64,000 bases of DNA from a bacterium (lineage in GTDB: Bacteria; Hinthialibacterota; Hinthialibacteria; Hinthialibacterales; Hinthialibacteraceae). Of this stretch, positions 1 through 9,301 are shown in pieces (within the stretch, counting starts at the first letter, position 1; every line of letters starts with the position of its first letter). The notes under the pieces are model-generated. The model worked only from the letters and a program-made list of their open reading frames with translations. It did not search any database and was not told the origin of the DNA. The translations under genes and the position numbers were made by a program. Location: NCBI GenBank assembly GCA_963662285.2, contig CAXXMV010000002.1:384001-448000 (forward strand), read 5' to 3'.

Positions 1-2
1 GC

Positions 3-3000
3 GGCGCTTCCGGCGCTGTGCACGGCGCATTGCAAACTGGCGCGTTGACTACGACCTTTACCGCGTCGCAGGGATTGCTTTTGATGATCCCGAACATGTT
101 CAAGATTGCTGGCGAATTGACATCAACAGTCTTTCACGTCTCAGCGCGTACGGTTGCTTCTCATGCTCTCTCAATTTTTGGCGATCACAGCGACGTCATG
201 GCTTGCCGTTCCACTGGTTGGAGCATGTTGGCTGCCGGCAGCGTCCAGGAAGTCATGGATATGGCTCTTATCGCTCAAGCGGCTACTCTGGAATCCAGAG
301 TTCCTTGCGTCCATTTCTTTGACGGTTTCCGCATCTCCCACGAAGTTATGAAAGTGGAAGAACTGACCGATGACGACATGAAAGCGATGATCGACGATGA
401 TCTGGTTCGCGCACATCGCGCCCGCGCTCTTTCTCCTGATCATCCTGTATTGCGCGGAACCGCCCAGAACCCGGATGTCTTCTTCCAGGCCCGCGAAGCA
501 GTGAACCCTTATTACAATGCCTGTCCTGGAATCGTCCAGAAATACATGGACAAATTCGCTTCACTTGTTGGACGTCAGTACAAACTATTTGATTATGTCG
601 GCGCTCCAGATGCCGAGAACATTATCATCATGATGGGTTCGGGCGCTGAAGTTGCTCACGAAGCCCTCGAATACATGAATGAGAAGGGCGCCAAAGTCGG
701 TTTGGTAAAAGTTCGCCTTTATCGTCCATTCTCACTAAAACACTTGATGGAAGCTCTTCCTGCTACAGTCAAGAAAATATCCGTACTTGATCGAACCAAA
801 GAGCCAGGCGCCACAGGCGAACCTCTCTATCTCGACGTTGTAGCTGCTATTAATGAAGCAATGGTAGAAGGTTATGCTCCATTCAGCGCTGCTCCTCTTG
901 TTGTTGGCGGGCGCTACGGTCTTTCTTCCAAAGAATTTACTCCGGCTATGGTCAAAGGCATCTATGATGACCTCGCTAAAGCTAAATCCAAGAATCACTA
1001 CACCATCGGCATCAACGATGACGTTACCCACACCAGCCTGGACTACGATGCTTCCTTTATCACTGAAGGCGATGATGTAGTTCGCGGTATGTTCTATGGT
1101 CTTGGATCTGATGGTACGGTCGGCGCTAACAAAAACTCCATCAAAATTATCGGCGAAGATACTGATAACTTTGCTCAGGGTTATTTTGTTTACGACTCCA
1201 AAAAAGCTGGTTCCGTTACGGTTTCTCACTTGCGTTTTGGACCAAAACCAATTCGTTCTTCTTACCTGTTGACTTCGGCCAACTTTGTCGGCTGCCACCA
1301 GTTCGTATTCCTCGAGAAATACGACATGCTGGAAAAAGCAGTAGACGGCGCCGTCTTCCTGCTCAACAGTCCTTATGGCAAAGACGATATATGGGATAAA
1401 TTACCGCGCAAAGTTCAACAGCAGATCATCGATAAGAATCTCAAATTCTACGTAATTGATGCTTATAAAGTTTCACGTGAAACCGGTATGGGCGCCCGTA
1501 TCAATACAATCATGCAGACCTGCTTCTTCGCCATCTCTGGCGTTCTGCCCAGAGACGAAGCTATTCAGGCTATCAAAAACGCCATTAAAAAGACCTACGG
1601 CGCCAAAGGCGATAAGATCGTCGAAATGAATTACAACGCCGTTGATCAATCAGTTGGCAACCTGTATCAAGTAACTATTCCTGCTACAGCAACCAGTACC
1701 ATTGAGATTCCACCACCTGTTCCTGAAAACGCTCCTGCCTTTGTTAAGGAAGTTACTGGTGAAATTATCGCCGGACGCGGCGATGGCATCCCTGTCAGCA
1801 AGTTCCCTGTTGATGGAACTTTCGAAACTGGCACTACCAAATGGGAAAAACGGAGCATCGCTCTCGAAATTCCTGTATGGGAAGATGATATATGCATTCA
1901 GTGCGCAAAATGTTCTGTAGTTTGTCCTCATGCAGCCATTCGCTTCAACGTTTATGATCCATCATGCCTGGAAGCAGCGCCTGCAACCTTCAAATCTGCA
2001 GATGCCCGCGGTAAAGAATTCAAAGACCTCAAAGCTACTATCCAGGTTGCTCCTGAAGATTGCACAGGCTGTGGAGCTTGTGTGCACATTTGTCCCGCCA
2101 AGGATAAGCAGAATCCTGAACGAAAAGCCATCAACATGGCTGATCAGATCCCTCTGCGTGCGCCAGAGCGTGAAAATTTCGAATTCTTCCTCAACTTGCC
2201 GGAATTTGATCGTTCAAAACTTAAGATCAATTCCGTTAAAGGTTCTCAGTTGCTTACTCCGCTGTTCGAATTCTCCGGCGCTTGCGCTGGCTGCGGCGAA
2301 ACGCCTTACCTTCTCCTCATGACTCAACTGTTTGGAGACCGCGCCATTATCGCTAATGCTACGGGCTGTTCTTCTATTTATGGCGCTAATCTGCCCACCA
2401 CTCCATACACGACTAACCGTGATGGACGCGGTCCGGCCTGGTCTAACTCGCTATTCGAAGATAATGCTGAATTTGGTATGGGTTATCGTCTTACCATCGA
2501 CAAGTTCAAGGTCATGGCTGTTGAATTATTGGATAAACTAGCGGCTCAAATTGGCGACAATCTGGTTGCTGGATTGAAAAACGCCGATCAGTCTACCGAA
2601 GCTGGCATCCAGGAACAACGCGACCGAGTTGCTGAACTCAAAACTAAACTACAAAGCTCAGATGACAATGATGCCAAACATCTAGTAAGTTTGGCTGATT
2701 ATCTGGTAAGCAAGAGCGTATGGATCGTCGGCGGCGATGGTTGGGCTTATGACATCGGTTATGGCGGCTTGGATCATGTTCTAGCCTCAGGCCGAAATGT
2801 AAACGTTCTGGTCCTGGATACTGAGGTTTATTCCAACACTGGCGGTCAGATGTCAAAATCGACTCCTTTGGGCGCTGTTGCCAAATTCGCTTATGGCGGC
2901 AAGCCTATCGCGAAAAAAGACCTTGGTATGATCTCTATGACCTATGGAAATATCTATGTCGCCAAGATTGCTTATGGCGCCAATGATACTCAGGCTATCA

Positions 3001-3371
3001 AAGCCTTTATTGAAGCCGAAGCTTATGATGGTCCTTCTATCATCCTGGCTTACTCACACTGCATCGCTCATGGAATCAACATGCGCACTGGTACGGATAA
3101 CCAGAAATCCGCTGTAGAGAGCGGTCACTGGCCACTATATCGCTTCAACCCGGATCTGGCTAAAGAAGGCAAGAATCCTCTGCAATTGGATTCCAAAGAT
3201 CCTAAGATCACTTATGAGGACTTCGCTTACGCCGAAACCCGCTTCAAGATGCTCGCCAAGAGCAAACCTGAAGACTCCAAACGTCTCATTGCTAAGGGAC
3301 AGGATGAGGTTTCCGCCCGCTGGCGTCTATATCGTCAGATGGCTGCTATGGACTATAGCAAACCAGAATAA
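3..3371 (+). CDS. nifJ: Pyruvate:ferredoxin (flavodoxin) oxidoreductase, homodimeric type; 5' end lies outside the window
   Basis: Motifs TFTASQGLLLMIPNM, GTAQNPD, YGLGSDGTVGANK, two CxxCxxCxxxCP ferredoxin motifs, FEFSGACAGCGE, GGDGWAYDIG (TPP binding). Frame is open upstream of the GTG at 18 (GASGAVHG), so the gene starts before base 1. Confidence 0.97.
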   Translation, partial: GASGAVHGALQTGALTTTFTASQGLLLMIPNMFKIAGELTSTVFHVSARTVASHALSIFGDHSDVMACRSTGWSMLAAGSVQEVMDMALIAQAATLESRVPCVHFFDGFRISHEVMKVEELTDDDMKAMIDDDLVRAHRARALSPDHPVLRGTAQNPDVFFQAREAVNPYYNACPGIVQKYMDKFASLVGRQYKLFDYVGAPDAENIIIMMGSGAEVAHEALEYMNEKGAKVGLVKVRLYRPFSLKHLMEALPATVKKISVLDRTKEPGATGEPLYLDVVAAINEAMVEGYAPFSAAPLVVGGRYGLSSKEFTPAMVKGIYDDLAKAKSKNHYTIGINDDVTHTSLDYDASFITEGDDVVRGMFYGLGSDGTVGANKNSIKIIGEDTDNFAQGYFVYDSKKAGSVTVSHLRFGPKPIRSSYLLTSANFVGCHQFVFLEKYDMLEKAVDGAVFLLNSPYGKDDIWDKLPRKVQQQIIDKNLKFYVIDAYKVSRETGMGARINTIMQTCFFAISGVLPRDEAIQAIKNAIKKTYGAKGDKIVEMNYNAVDQSVGNLYQVTIPATATSTIEIPPPVPENAPAFVKEVTGEIIAGRGDGIPVSKFPVDGTFETGTTKWEKRSIALEIPVWEDDICIQCAKCSVVCPHAAIRFNVYDPSCLEAAPATFKSADARGKEFKDLKATIQVAPEDCTGCGACVHICPAKDKQNPERKAINMADQIPLRAPERENFEFFLNLPEFDRSKLKINSVKGSQLLTPLFEFSGACAGCGETPYLLLMTQLFGDRAIIANATGCSSIYGANLPTTPYTTNRDGRGPAWSNSLFEDNAEFGMGYRLTIDKFKVMAVELLDKLAAQIGDNLVAGLKNADQSTEAGIQEQRDRVAELKTKLQSSDDNDAKHLVSLADYLVSKSVWIVGGDGWAYDIGYGGLDHVLASGRNVNVLVLDTEVYSNTGGQMSKSTPLGAVAKFAYGGKPIAKKDLGMISMTYGNIYVAKIAYGANDTQAIKAFIEAEAYDGPSIILAYSHCIAHGINMRTGTDNQKSAVESGHWPLYRFNPDLAKEGKNPLQLDSKDPKITYEDFAYAETRFKMLAKSKPEDSKRLIAKGQDEVSARWRLYRQMAAMDYSKPE

Positions 3372-3412
3372 TTTAATATCACGAAAAATCGTGTATATTA
3401 ATCAGTAATCAC

Positions 3413-3452
3413 AACAGGGCGTCCGGGAGTAATTTCCAGGCGCCCTGTTTTT
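3413..3452 (+). terminator. Rho-independent terminator after PFOR
   Basis: AACAGGGCG...CGCCCTGTT stem followed by a T run. Confidence 0.8.
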
Positions 3453-3639
3453 AATGTCCTGATTCAGACAAAAAATCCATCAAAGATCAAAAATTCCGAT
3501 CTCAAGCCTCAGGATGTTCTTAAGACGATTGATGCTCAAGCAAATAAACCGTAAATTTACTATTATAGAATCAAGAAAGGTATATAATTTAACAACAAAA
3601 TATTTAAAATCCTGGTTTTAATTTGAAAGGATAATAACA

Positions 3640-4629
3640 GTGGATATTTCAACTTCATATCTTGGTCTTGCTTTAAAAAATCCCATCGTCCCATCATCAT
3701 CACCTCTTACAAGTGAATTGGATTCCGTCAAAAAGTTAGAGGATGCCGGCGCTGCAGCGCTTGTCATGCATTCTTTCTTTGAAGAACAAATTCAGTTTGA
3801 GGCGGACGAGCTGAATCATTTCCTGCTGCATGGCACTGATTCTTTCGCAGAAGCAACTTCCTATTTTCCTGAAGCGGACGATTATCGCCTTGGTCCGGAG
3901 GAATATCTCGAGCAAATCCGGAAAATAAAAAAGACTGTTGATATCCCCGTTATTGCCAGCCTTAATGGCGTTTCTACAGGCGGGTGGATCGATTACGCCA
4001 AAAAAATGCAGGATGCGGGCGCTGATGCTATCGAACTGAATGTCTATTTTCTTCCGACTAATCCAGATCAGTCCGCCGCTGATATCGAACAAGTATATGT
4101 TGATGTTGTTAAGGCTGTAAAAAGTTCCGTCATTATTCCGGTTGCTCTTAAGCTTAATCCTTTCTTCACTAATATGGTCAATATCTCAAATCGCCTGGTT
4201 TCCGCCGGCGCCGATGGTTTGGTTCTTTTTAATCGTTTTTATCAACCGGATATTGATATAGAAAAACTGGAGGTTGAACCTAACCTCAAAATCAGCAAAG
4301 CCAGCGAAATGCGTTTGCCTCTTCGTTGGATTGCCATACTTTATGGCCGCATCCAGGCGGATTTAGCTCATACCACCGGTATATACACTGCTACTGATGT
4401 AATTAAATCCATTATGGCTGGCGCAAATGTCACTATGATGTGCTCTGCTCTATTGAAATATGGTGAAAATCATATTGTGGACGTGCTCAAAGATACCATA
4501 GAATGGATGGAAGAGCACGAGTATGACTCTATCGCGCAAATGCGCGGCAGCATGAGTCAGAAAAATTGTCCTGAACCAACCGCGTTTGAACGGGCCAATT
4601 ACATGAAATCACTGCAAAGTTATACGTGA
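3640..4629 (+). CDS. Dihydroorotate dehydrogenase-like FMN protein of the PFOR-associated type
   Basis: YLGLALKNPIV start, PVIASLNG, GADAIELN, GADGLVLFNRFYQPD, FERANY end. TIM-barrel flavoprotein family typically found next to nifJ. Confidence 0.88.
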   Translation: MDISTSYLGLALKNPIVPSSSPLTSELDSVKKLEDAGAAALVMHSFFEEQIQFEADELNHFLLHGTDSFAEATSYFPEADDYRLGPEEYLEQIRKIKKTVDIPVIASLNGVSTGGWIDYAKKMQDAGADAIELNVYFLPTNPDQSAADIEQVYVDVVKAVKSSVIIPVALKLNPFFTNMVNISNRLVSAGADGLVLFNRFYQPDIDIEKLEVEPNLKISKASEMRLPLRWIAILYGRIQADLAHTTGIYTATDVIKSIMAGANVTMMCSALLKYGENHIVDVLKDTIEWMEEHEYDSIAQMRGSMSQKNCPEPTAFERANYMKSLQSYT

Positions 4630-4661
4630 TTTTGATTTTTCACAAATTCAGAATATCCAAT

Positions 4662-4689
4662 AGAAAGCCCCAGCTAATGGGGCTTTTCT
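4662..4689. terminator. Bidirectional terminator between convergent genes
   Basis: AGAAAGCCCCA-gctaa-TGGGGCTTTTCT hairpin with A/T tails on both sides. Confidence 0.8.
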
Positions 4690-4694
4690 CTTAC

Positions 4695-5516
4695 TTATTT
4701 CCCCATCGGTTTGGCGTAACAATAAAGACAATTGTGAAAGCACGACATAGCGTAGCCGCCAATATCTGAACTTTTTGTGCATCCACAGCCTTCTCTTTGG
4801 CTGCCGTCTCTGGCCGCGGAACACCGTTCGCCCGTCAGTTCGCTCAATAAAGGGCCATTAATGCAACTGCCTTGCTTAACCCCATTGGCTTTTAATAGCG
4901 CATCGTTACAGCACGATTCGAGCGTGACGCCTCTATCTTGGGCGTAGCGGCTCATGTGCGACAGGATGTCAACTTTCTGTTCAATAGGCGGATCGTAAAA
5001 ACCGAGGCTTTGCACAGCGGGGCGTTGCTTGACCTTCTTATACCAGGTAACGAAAGAAATTGTACAGCGCGTTACGCCGATATGAGCCATTGCATCGCAT
5101 ATGGGAGCGAAAGAACCAAGGTTGTTGCTTCTCCCCTCATCCCAATAGACGATGGGATCAAAGCGCCAATTGATATGCCTGACCGACCAGCGTTCAGTAA
5201 TCTCCCGTACTTGCCTTAAGCGCTCATCAAGGCCTGGAACTCCCTGTTCCCACTCTGGGCAATCAACCAGACTGAAATTGAAATACCAGCGGTATCGCTT
5301 ATCCCGTGATAAATCCGACTCCAAAAACGGACGAAAGTTCTTTGACCAAAGCACGATGCTATGCACATCTTCCGGCTTCAGGCTGACATGGTAGGTCTTA
5401 TGCTTCATCACCGGATTGCGCACCTCAACGCCGCCTTGCTTGATGCGCCGCTCCAGCCAGGGCATGTAGAATCCGGGAATATCCGTCCTTCTCGAAGCTG
5501 ATATTACTGTACGCAT
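4695..5516 (-). CDS. DUF1848 family protein
   Basis: N-terminal ISASRRTDIP, WSKN, WRFDPI, and C-terminal QREGCGC..S.DIG.Y..CxxxCxYCYA. Confidence 0.9.
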   Translation of the reverse strand: MRTVISASRRTDIPGFYMPWLERRIKQGGVEVRNPVMKHKTYHVSLKPEDVHSIVLWSKNFRPFLESDLSRDKRYRWYFNFSLVDCPEWEQGVPGLDERLRQVREITERWSVRHINWRFDPIVYWDEGRSNNLGSFAPICDAMAHIGVTRCTISFVTWYKKVKQRPAVQSLGFYDPPIEQKVDILSHMSRYAQDRGVTLESCCNDALLKANGVKQGSCINGPLLSELTGERCSAARDGSQREGCGCTKSSDIGGYAMSCFHNCLYCYAKPMGK

Positions 5517-5550
5517 AGATTAATTCCCTGAATTAACGATAACGCATTGA

Positions 5551-5579
5551 TTGACGTTGACAATAAAAAATCATATTAT
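5551..5579 (+). promoter_or_regulatory. Putative sigma-70 promoter for the Gfo/Idh gene
   Basis: TTGACG-N17-TATTAT, about 75 nt upstream of the likely ATG at 5653. Confidence 0.5.
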
Positions 5580-5652
5580 CAATTATTACAATATACAGTA
5601 TTCGCTCGTTATGCGAAGAACATTAATTAATAAGAAATGGGGACATAGGATT

Positions 5653-6969
5653 ATGAACAAAGATAATCGACGCCATTTTCTCAAAACAACTGTCGGTGCT
5701 GCCGCCGCCATGAATCTCATTATCAGAGACTCTGCTCAAGCCGAAGCTAATGATACTATCAATGTTGCAGTCGTTGGCGTAAATGGCCGTGGCAAAGACC
5801 ATATCAAAGGCCAAGAGGGCGCCAATGGAGCGCAGGTCGTTGCGCTTTGCGATATTGATGAAAACGTATTAAAGGAACGCGCCGCCTCTTTCAAGGAAAA
5901 TTATGGACGAGAAGTAAAGACGTTCACAGATTACCGCGAACTGCTGAAAGACAAGGATATCGACGCCGTCTCTATCGCTACGCCTAACCACTGGCATTCA
6001 CTCCAGGCCATTTGGGCCTGCCAGGCCGACAAAGACGTCTATGTTGAAAAACCTCTTTCGCATAACGTCTATGAAGGCCGCCAACTGGTTAACGCCGCCC
6101 GCAAATACAAAAAAATCGTCCAGCATGGAACCCAGAGCCGAAGCAACAAAGGCATGCAGCAAGCCATGCAACTGCTGCATGAAGGCGTTATCGGCGACGT
6201 CTATTACGCCAAAGGCCTGTGCTACAAATGGCGGGATACTATTGGTAAAGCCAAACTCGGTCAAAAGGTTCCGAAGGGCGTCAACTATGATTTATGGCTT
6301 GGGCCAGCTCCTGAACGCGAATACACCTCAAACCGTCTTCATTATAAATGGCATTGGCATTGGGATTATGGCAATGGCGACATAGGCAACCAGGGCGTTC
6401 ACCAGTTTGATATCGCCCGTTGGGGCTTACAGGTCGGACTGCCGGAAATGACCTCTTGCATTGGTGGAAAATTCATGTTCGAGGATGATCAGGAAACCCC
6501 CAATTGCATGGTCGCCACCTACAAATACCCTAAAGAAAACAAAATGATGGTATTCGAAGTGCGCCACTGGATGACCAATCCTGAAATGGGCGGCAATCCC
6601 GGCGGTAATGTAGTCGGTAATATCTTCCTCGGTTCCAAGGGATGGATGATCTGCCCCAGTTACGACAGTTTTAAGGTCTTCCTGGGCAAAGACGGTAAAC
6701 CCGGACCATCTGGCAGAGAAGGCGGCAACCATTTCCAAAACTTCATCGATTGCGTCAAAAACCGCAAAGTAGAAGACCTCAACGCTGATGTTGAAGAGGG
6801 TCACCTTTCCTCATCTCTGTGCCATCTGGCTAATGTGGCCTATCGTGCGCAACGCGTTATCAATCTCGATACAGCTAAAGAAATCGCTATTGGCGACAAA
6901 GAAGCCAACGACATGATGGCTGATCAGGACCGTAAGTACCGTAAGCCTTTTGCTCTTCCTCAAATCTAA
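5653..6969 (+). CDS. Tat-exported Gfo/Idh/MocA family oxidoreductase
   Basis: NRRHFLK twin-arginine signal, VGVNGRG Rossmann motif, ATPNHWH, YVEKP, DLWLGPAP, WDYGNGDIGNQGVHQFD. Start moved from the track's 5551 to ATG 5653, which follows AGGA. Confidence 0.93.
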   Translation: MNKDNRRHFLKTTVGAAAAMNLIIRDSAQAEANDTINVAVVGVNGRGKDHIKGQEGANGAQVVALCDIDENVLKERAASFKENYGREVKTFTDYRELLKDKDIDAVSIATPNHWHSLQAIWACQADKDVYVEKPLSHNVYEGRQLVNAARKYKKIVQHGTQSRSNKGMQQAMQLLHEGVIGDVYYAKGLCYKWRDTIGKAKLGQKVPKGVNYDLWLGPAPEREYTSNRLHYKWHWHWDYGNGDIGNQGVHQFDIARWGLQVGLPEMTSCIGGKFMFEDDQETPNCMVATYKYPKENKMMVFEVRHWMTNPEMGGNPGGNVVGNIFLGSKGWMICPSYDSFKVFLGKDGKPGPSGREGGNHFQNFIDCVKNRKVEDLNADVEEGHLSSSLCHLANVAYRAQRVINLDTAKEIAIGDKEANDMMADQDRKYRKPFALPQI

Positions 6970-7016
6970 TTGCATCTGTCGTGAATTAGGTTTTAAGGTT
7001 ATGATATAATTCAATC

Positions 7017-7045
7017 CGGCCCATGGGAAACCGTGGGCCGTTTTT
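7017..7045 (+). terminator. Rho-independent terminator
   Basis: CGGCCCATGG-GAAA-CCGTGGGCCG followed by TTTTT. Confidence 0.85.
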
Positions 7046-7148
7046 AATTTTTGCAGCAATTTACAATAAATTACATTATTTCACGCTATAATCGGGAAAC
7101 ATTATCTTAACGGTTTTAACAAAATATGATAAGAAATATGATAGAGAA

Positions 7149-7198
7149 GGGTGGCAAGGGCAAGACCGCATTGCGGTCAGCCCTTGATCAAGCCACCC
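7149..7198. repeat. GC-rich nested palindrome (REP-like or structured RNA element)
   Basis: GGGTGGC/GCCACCC, AAGGGC/GCCCTT and GACCGC-att-GCGGTC nested stems inside an AT-rich intergenic region. Confidence 0.5.
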
Positions 7199-7316
7199 AA
7201 TATAACTTGAAGGCGAAAAGCATAATACTCTTCGGCAAAACAGGTTGCACAGTTTACTTTTTGTAAGTGATCTTATAATAACATTTCTGATTTGCATAAA
7301 ACATAGGATATTAAAT

Positions 7317-9170
7317 ATGATCGATGTAGTGGTTGGCGACAATAACGATAAAAACCGGGAACCGAATTTTACTGATGAAATACAACCCGATACTCCTGAA
7401 TCAACAGGATCACCCGAAGAACCTCCAAAGAAAATCAAGCGAAAAAGATCGATGCACAGCAACGCGCTTCTACTTTTCACCGCTGGACTCACCATATATA
7501 TATTTCTGGCAATTTTAAGCATCAATAACAAATACGTCGATTTCGGTGATGGAAATTATCTGTATATATCATGGCGTATAACCGAGGGCGATCTGCTCTA
7601 TAAAGACTTGCCCAGCCCTCAGCCGCCGCTGTTGCTCTTCCTGGGCGCCTTCTGGCTGAACCTGTTGGATGGCGATCCCACCCTGGTTCGACTGTGGCAG
7701 GTGTTGCAGCACGCCCTGACCGCCTGCTGCATCTGGGGCATCGCCGCACAACTTTTTAAGCGGCCCATATTTTCGGCCTGGGCGGCTTGCATCTACCTAT
7801 TTCTACCCGAAGGGGTCTGGTGGTCAGCGGGATTCCAATCAGAACCATTGCTGATTCTTCTGTTATGTTTTAATCTGCTGATATTCATCAAGGCGGTTCA
7901 GGAGGATAAGCCCACCATTGGCTTATACGCCTCAGCATTTATCGCGGCGCTATGTTGCTACACCAACATGACGGCGCTGCCCTATATTCTGCTGCAATGG
8001 TTCTTTGTAGGCTTTAGGTTCAGGCGGTTTTTTATCCGCTACAGCCTGGCGTTGATGATTCCCGGCATTATTATATTCATCGTCATGTGGTTCTACAGCC
8101 AGGGGCTATATATCGAGCATGTATTCTTCCGCCAGGTCGGAACCTATCCCAACGAATCAATATTTCAAACAATAAAATATTTCCTATTCAAACTATATGC
8201 CGAAGGCGGCGATATCGTATTCTATGAAGGCGGGTTTCTCTTCGCGGCAATGGCGGGAATACTGTTGTACACCAGTGAAGACGGCAAAGATCCGGTTATC
8301 GAATATGTTCTATGGTGGGCGGTTTTCTCCATAGGTTCGATAATCTTCGTCACCAAAGGCGGCACGGTTGAATACATCTTCACCCTCGGCGAGCCAGCCG
8401 TAGCTCTTTTCTCAGCTTATTTCCTACTTACTCTTTTCGCCGCTTCCGGCATCAGTTTCCGTTTAAGTTCTTTCCGCCACACCATGAAACTTGGTAAATG
8501 CACTATGATCATTTGCCTGCTGTTGCCCGTTTTAATGATCAAGCCGCTATCGCTGTTATATCGAACCTTCTCTAATGGCCCTATCGACCTAAGCGAATTT
8601 GGTTATGGAGAGCAAGGTGTTTTTGAGGTATCCGGACCGAAAATGGATGAAGCTGCTTTATTTATCCAAAGTTATTGCCCACCCAATAAAACCATGATCG
8701 CTCCTCCCTATTACGCTTTTCTGGCCAAGCGCAAATTGGCCGAAAATTCTTCATCATTATTTATTCTGGGTCATGCCTATTACACCGAGTGGGAACGTTT
8801 AGCAAAATCACGCGACCTTAATTTCGATCTACCTGATCGCAATGAGGCGAAAATGTACAATAAAGAAGGAACCGACTATAACAAAGAAGGAACCCATTAT
8901 AATACTCAAGCCATCTATGACCTTGACGCGCTGTTCAAACAAGAGCCGCAACTGCGCCAGGAATATCCTGCAATAGCCCTATTTCTCGATATGCGCGATC
9001 AGATCAGAAATAAAGAGGTCGGCTTAATAGCGCAAAACATGCGCCACTTTTTCTTCTACGTCCCCCCGCTCCATCAGGCCATACGGGATTTCTGTAAACC
9101 TATGAAACCGGAACTACAATTAAATCTAAAAAACCGCGAAGAAAAAATCGTCTTCTATCAGGTGATTTAG
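7317..9170 (+). CDS. Polytopic membrane GT-C glycosyltransferase (ArnT/PMT-like)
   Basis: First TM helix followed by the acidic loop DFGDGNY..W.I.EG.LLYKD..SPQPP, then about 10 TM segments and a soluble C-terminal domain. Start uncertain (7245 TTG or 7317 ATG). Confidence 0.7.
   Translation: MIDVVVGDNNDKNREPNFTDEIQPDTPESTGSPEEPPKKIKRKRSMHSNALLLFTAGLTIYIFLAILSINNKYVDFGDGNYLYISWRITEGDLLYKDLPSPQPPLLLFLGAFWLNLLDGDPTLVRLWQVLQHALTACCIWGIAAQLFKRPIFSAWAACIYLFLPEGVWWSAGFQSEPLLILLLCFNLLIFIKAVQEDKPTIGLYASAFIAALCCYTNMTALPYILLQWFFVGFRFRRFFIRYSLALMIPGIIIFIVMWFYSQGLYIEHVFFRQVGTYPNESIFQTIKYFLFKLYAEGGDIVFYEGGFLFAAMAGILLYTSEDGKDPVIEYVLWWAVFSIGSIIFVTKGGTVEYIFTLGEPAVALFSAYFLLTLFAASGISFRLSSFRHTMKLGKCTMIICLLLPVLMIKPLSLLYRTFSNGPIDLSEFGYGEQGVFEVSGPKMDEAALFIQSYCPPNKTMIAPPYYAFLAKRKLAENSSSLFILGHAYYTEWERLAKSRDLNFDLPDRNEAKMYNKEGTDYNKEGTHYNTQAIYDLDALFKQEPQLRQEYPAIALFLDMRDQIRNKEVGLIAQNMRHFFFYVPPLHQAIRDFCKPMKPELQLNLKNREEKIVFYQVI
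8856..8897 (+). repeat. In-frame 21-nt tandem duplication encoding YNKEGTD/YNKEGTH
   Basis: tacaataaagaaggaaccgac / tataacaaagaaggaacccat. Confidence 0.85.
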
Positions 9171-9301
9171 ATAGATAGGTGTAAAAACGTACTGATTCGT
9201 GAATATAAAAAGCCATATAGGATAATCTTTTTATAAGACCAAACATGAAAATAAACGAACATGCTTTTAAGAATCGCTCTAGTGAATAATGGGGATTAAT
9301 T

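Noticed and set aside
18-20. GTG start assigned to PFOR by the ORF track
   Set aside because: It is the internal Val of GAVHG; the frame is open to the window edge.
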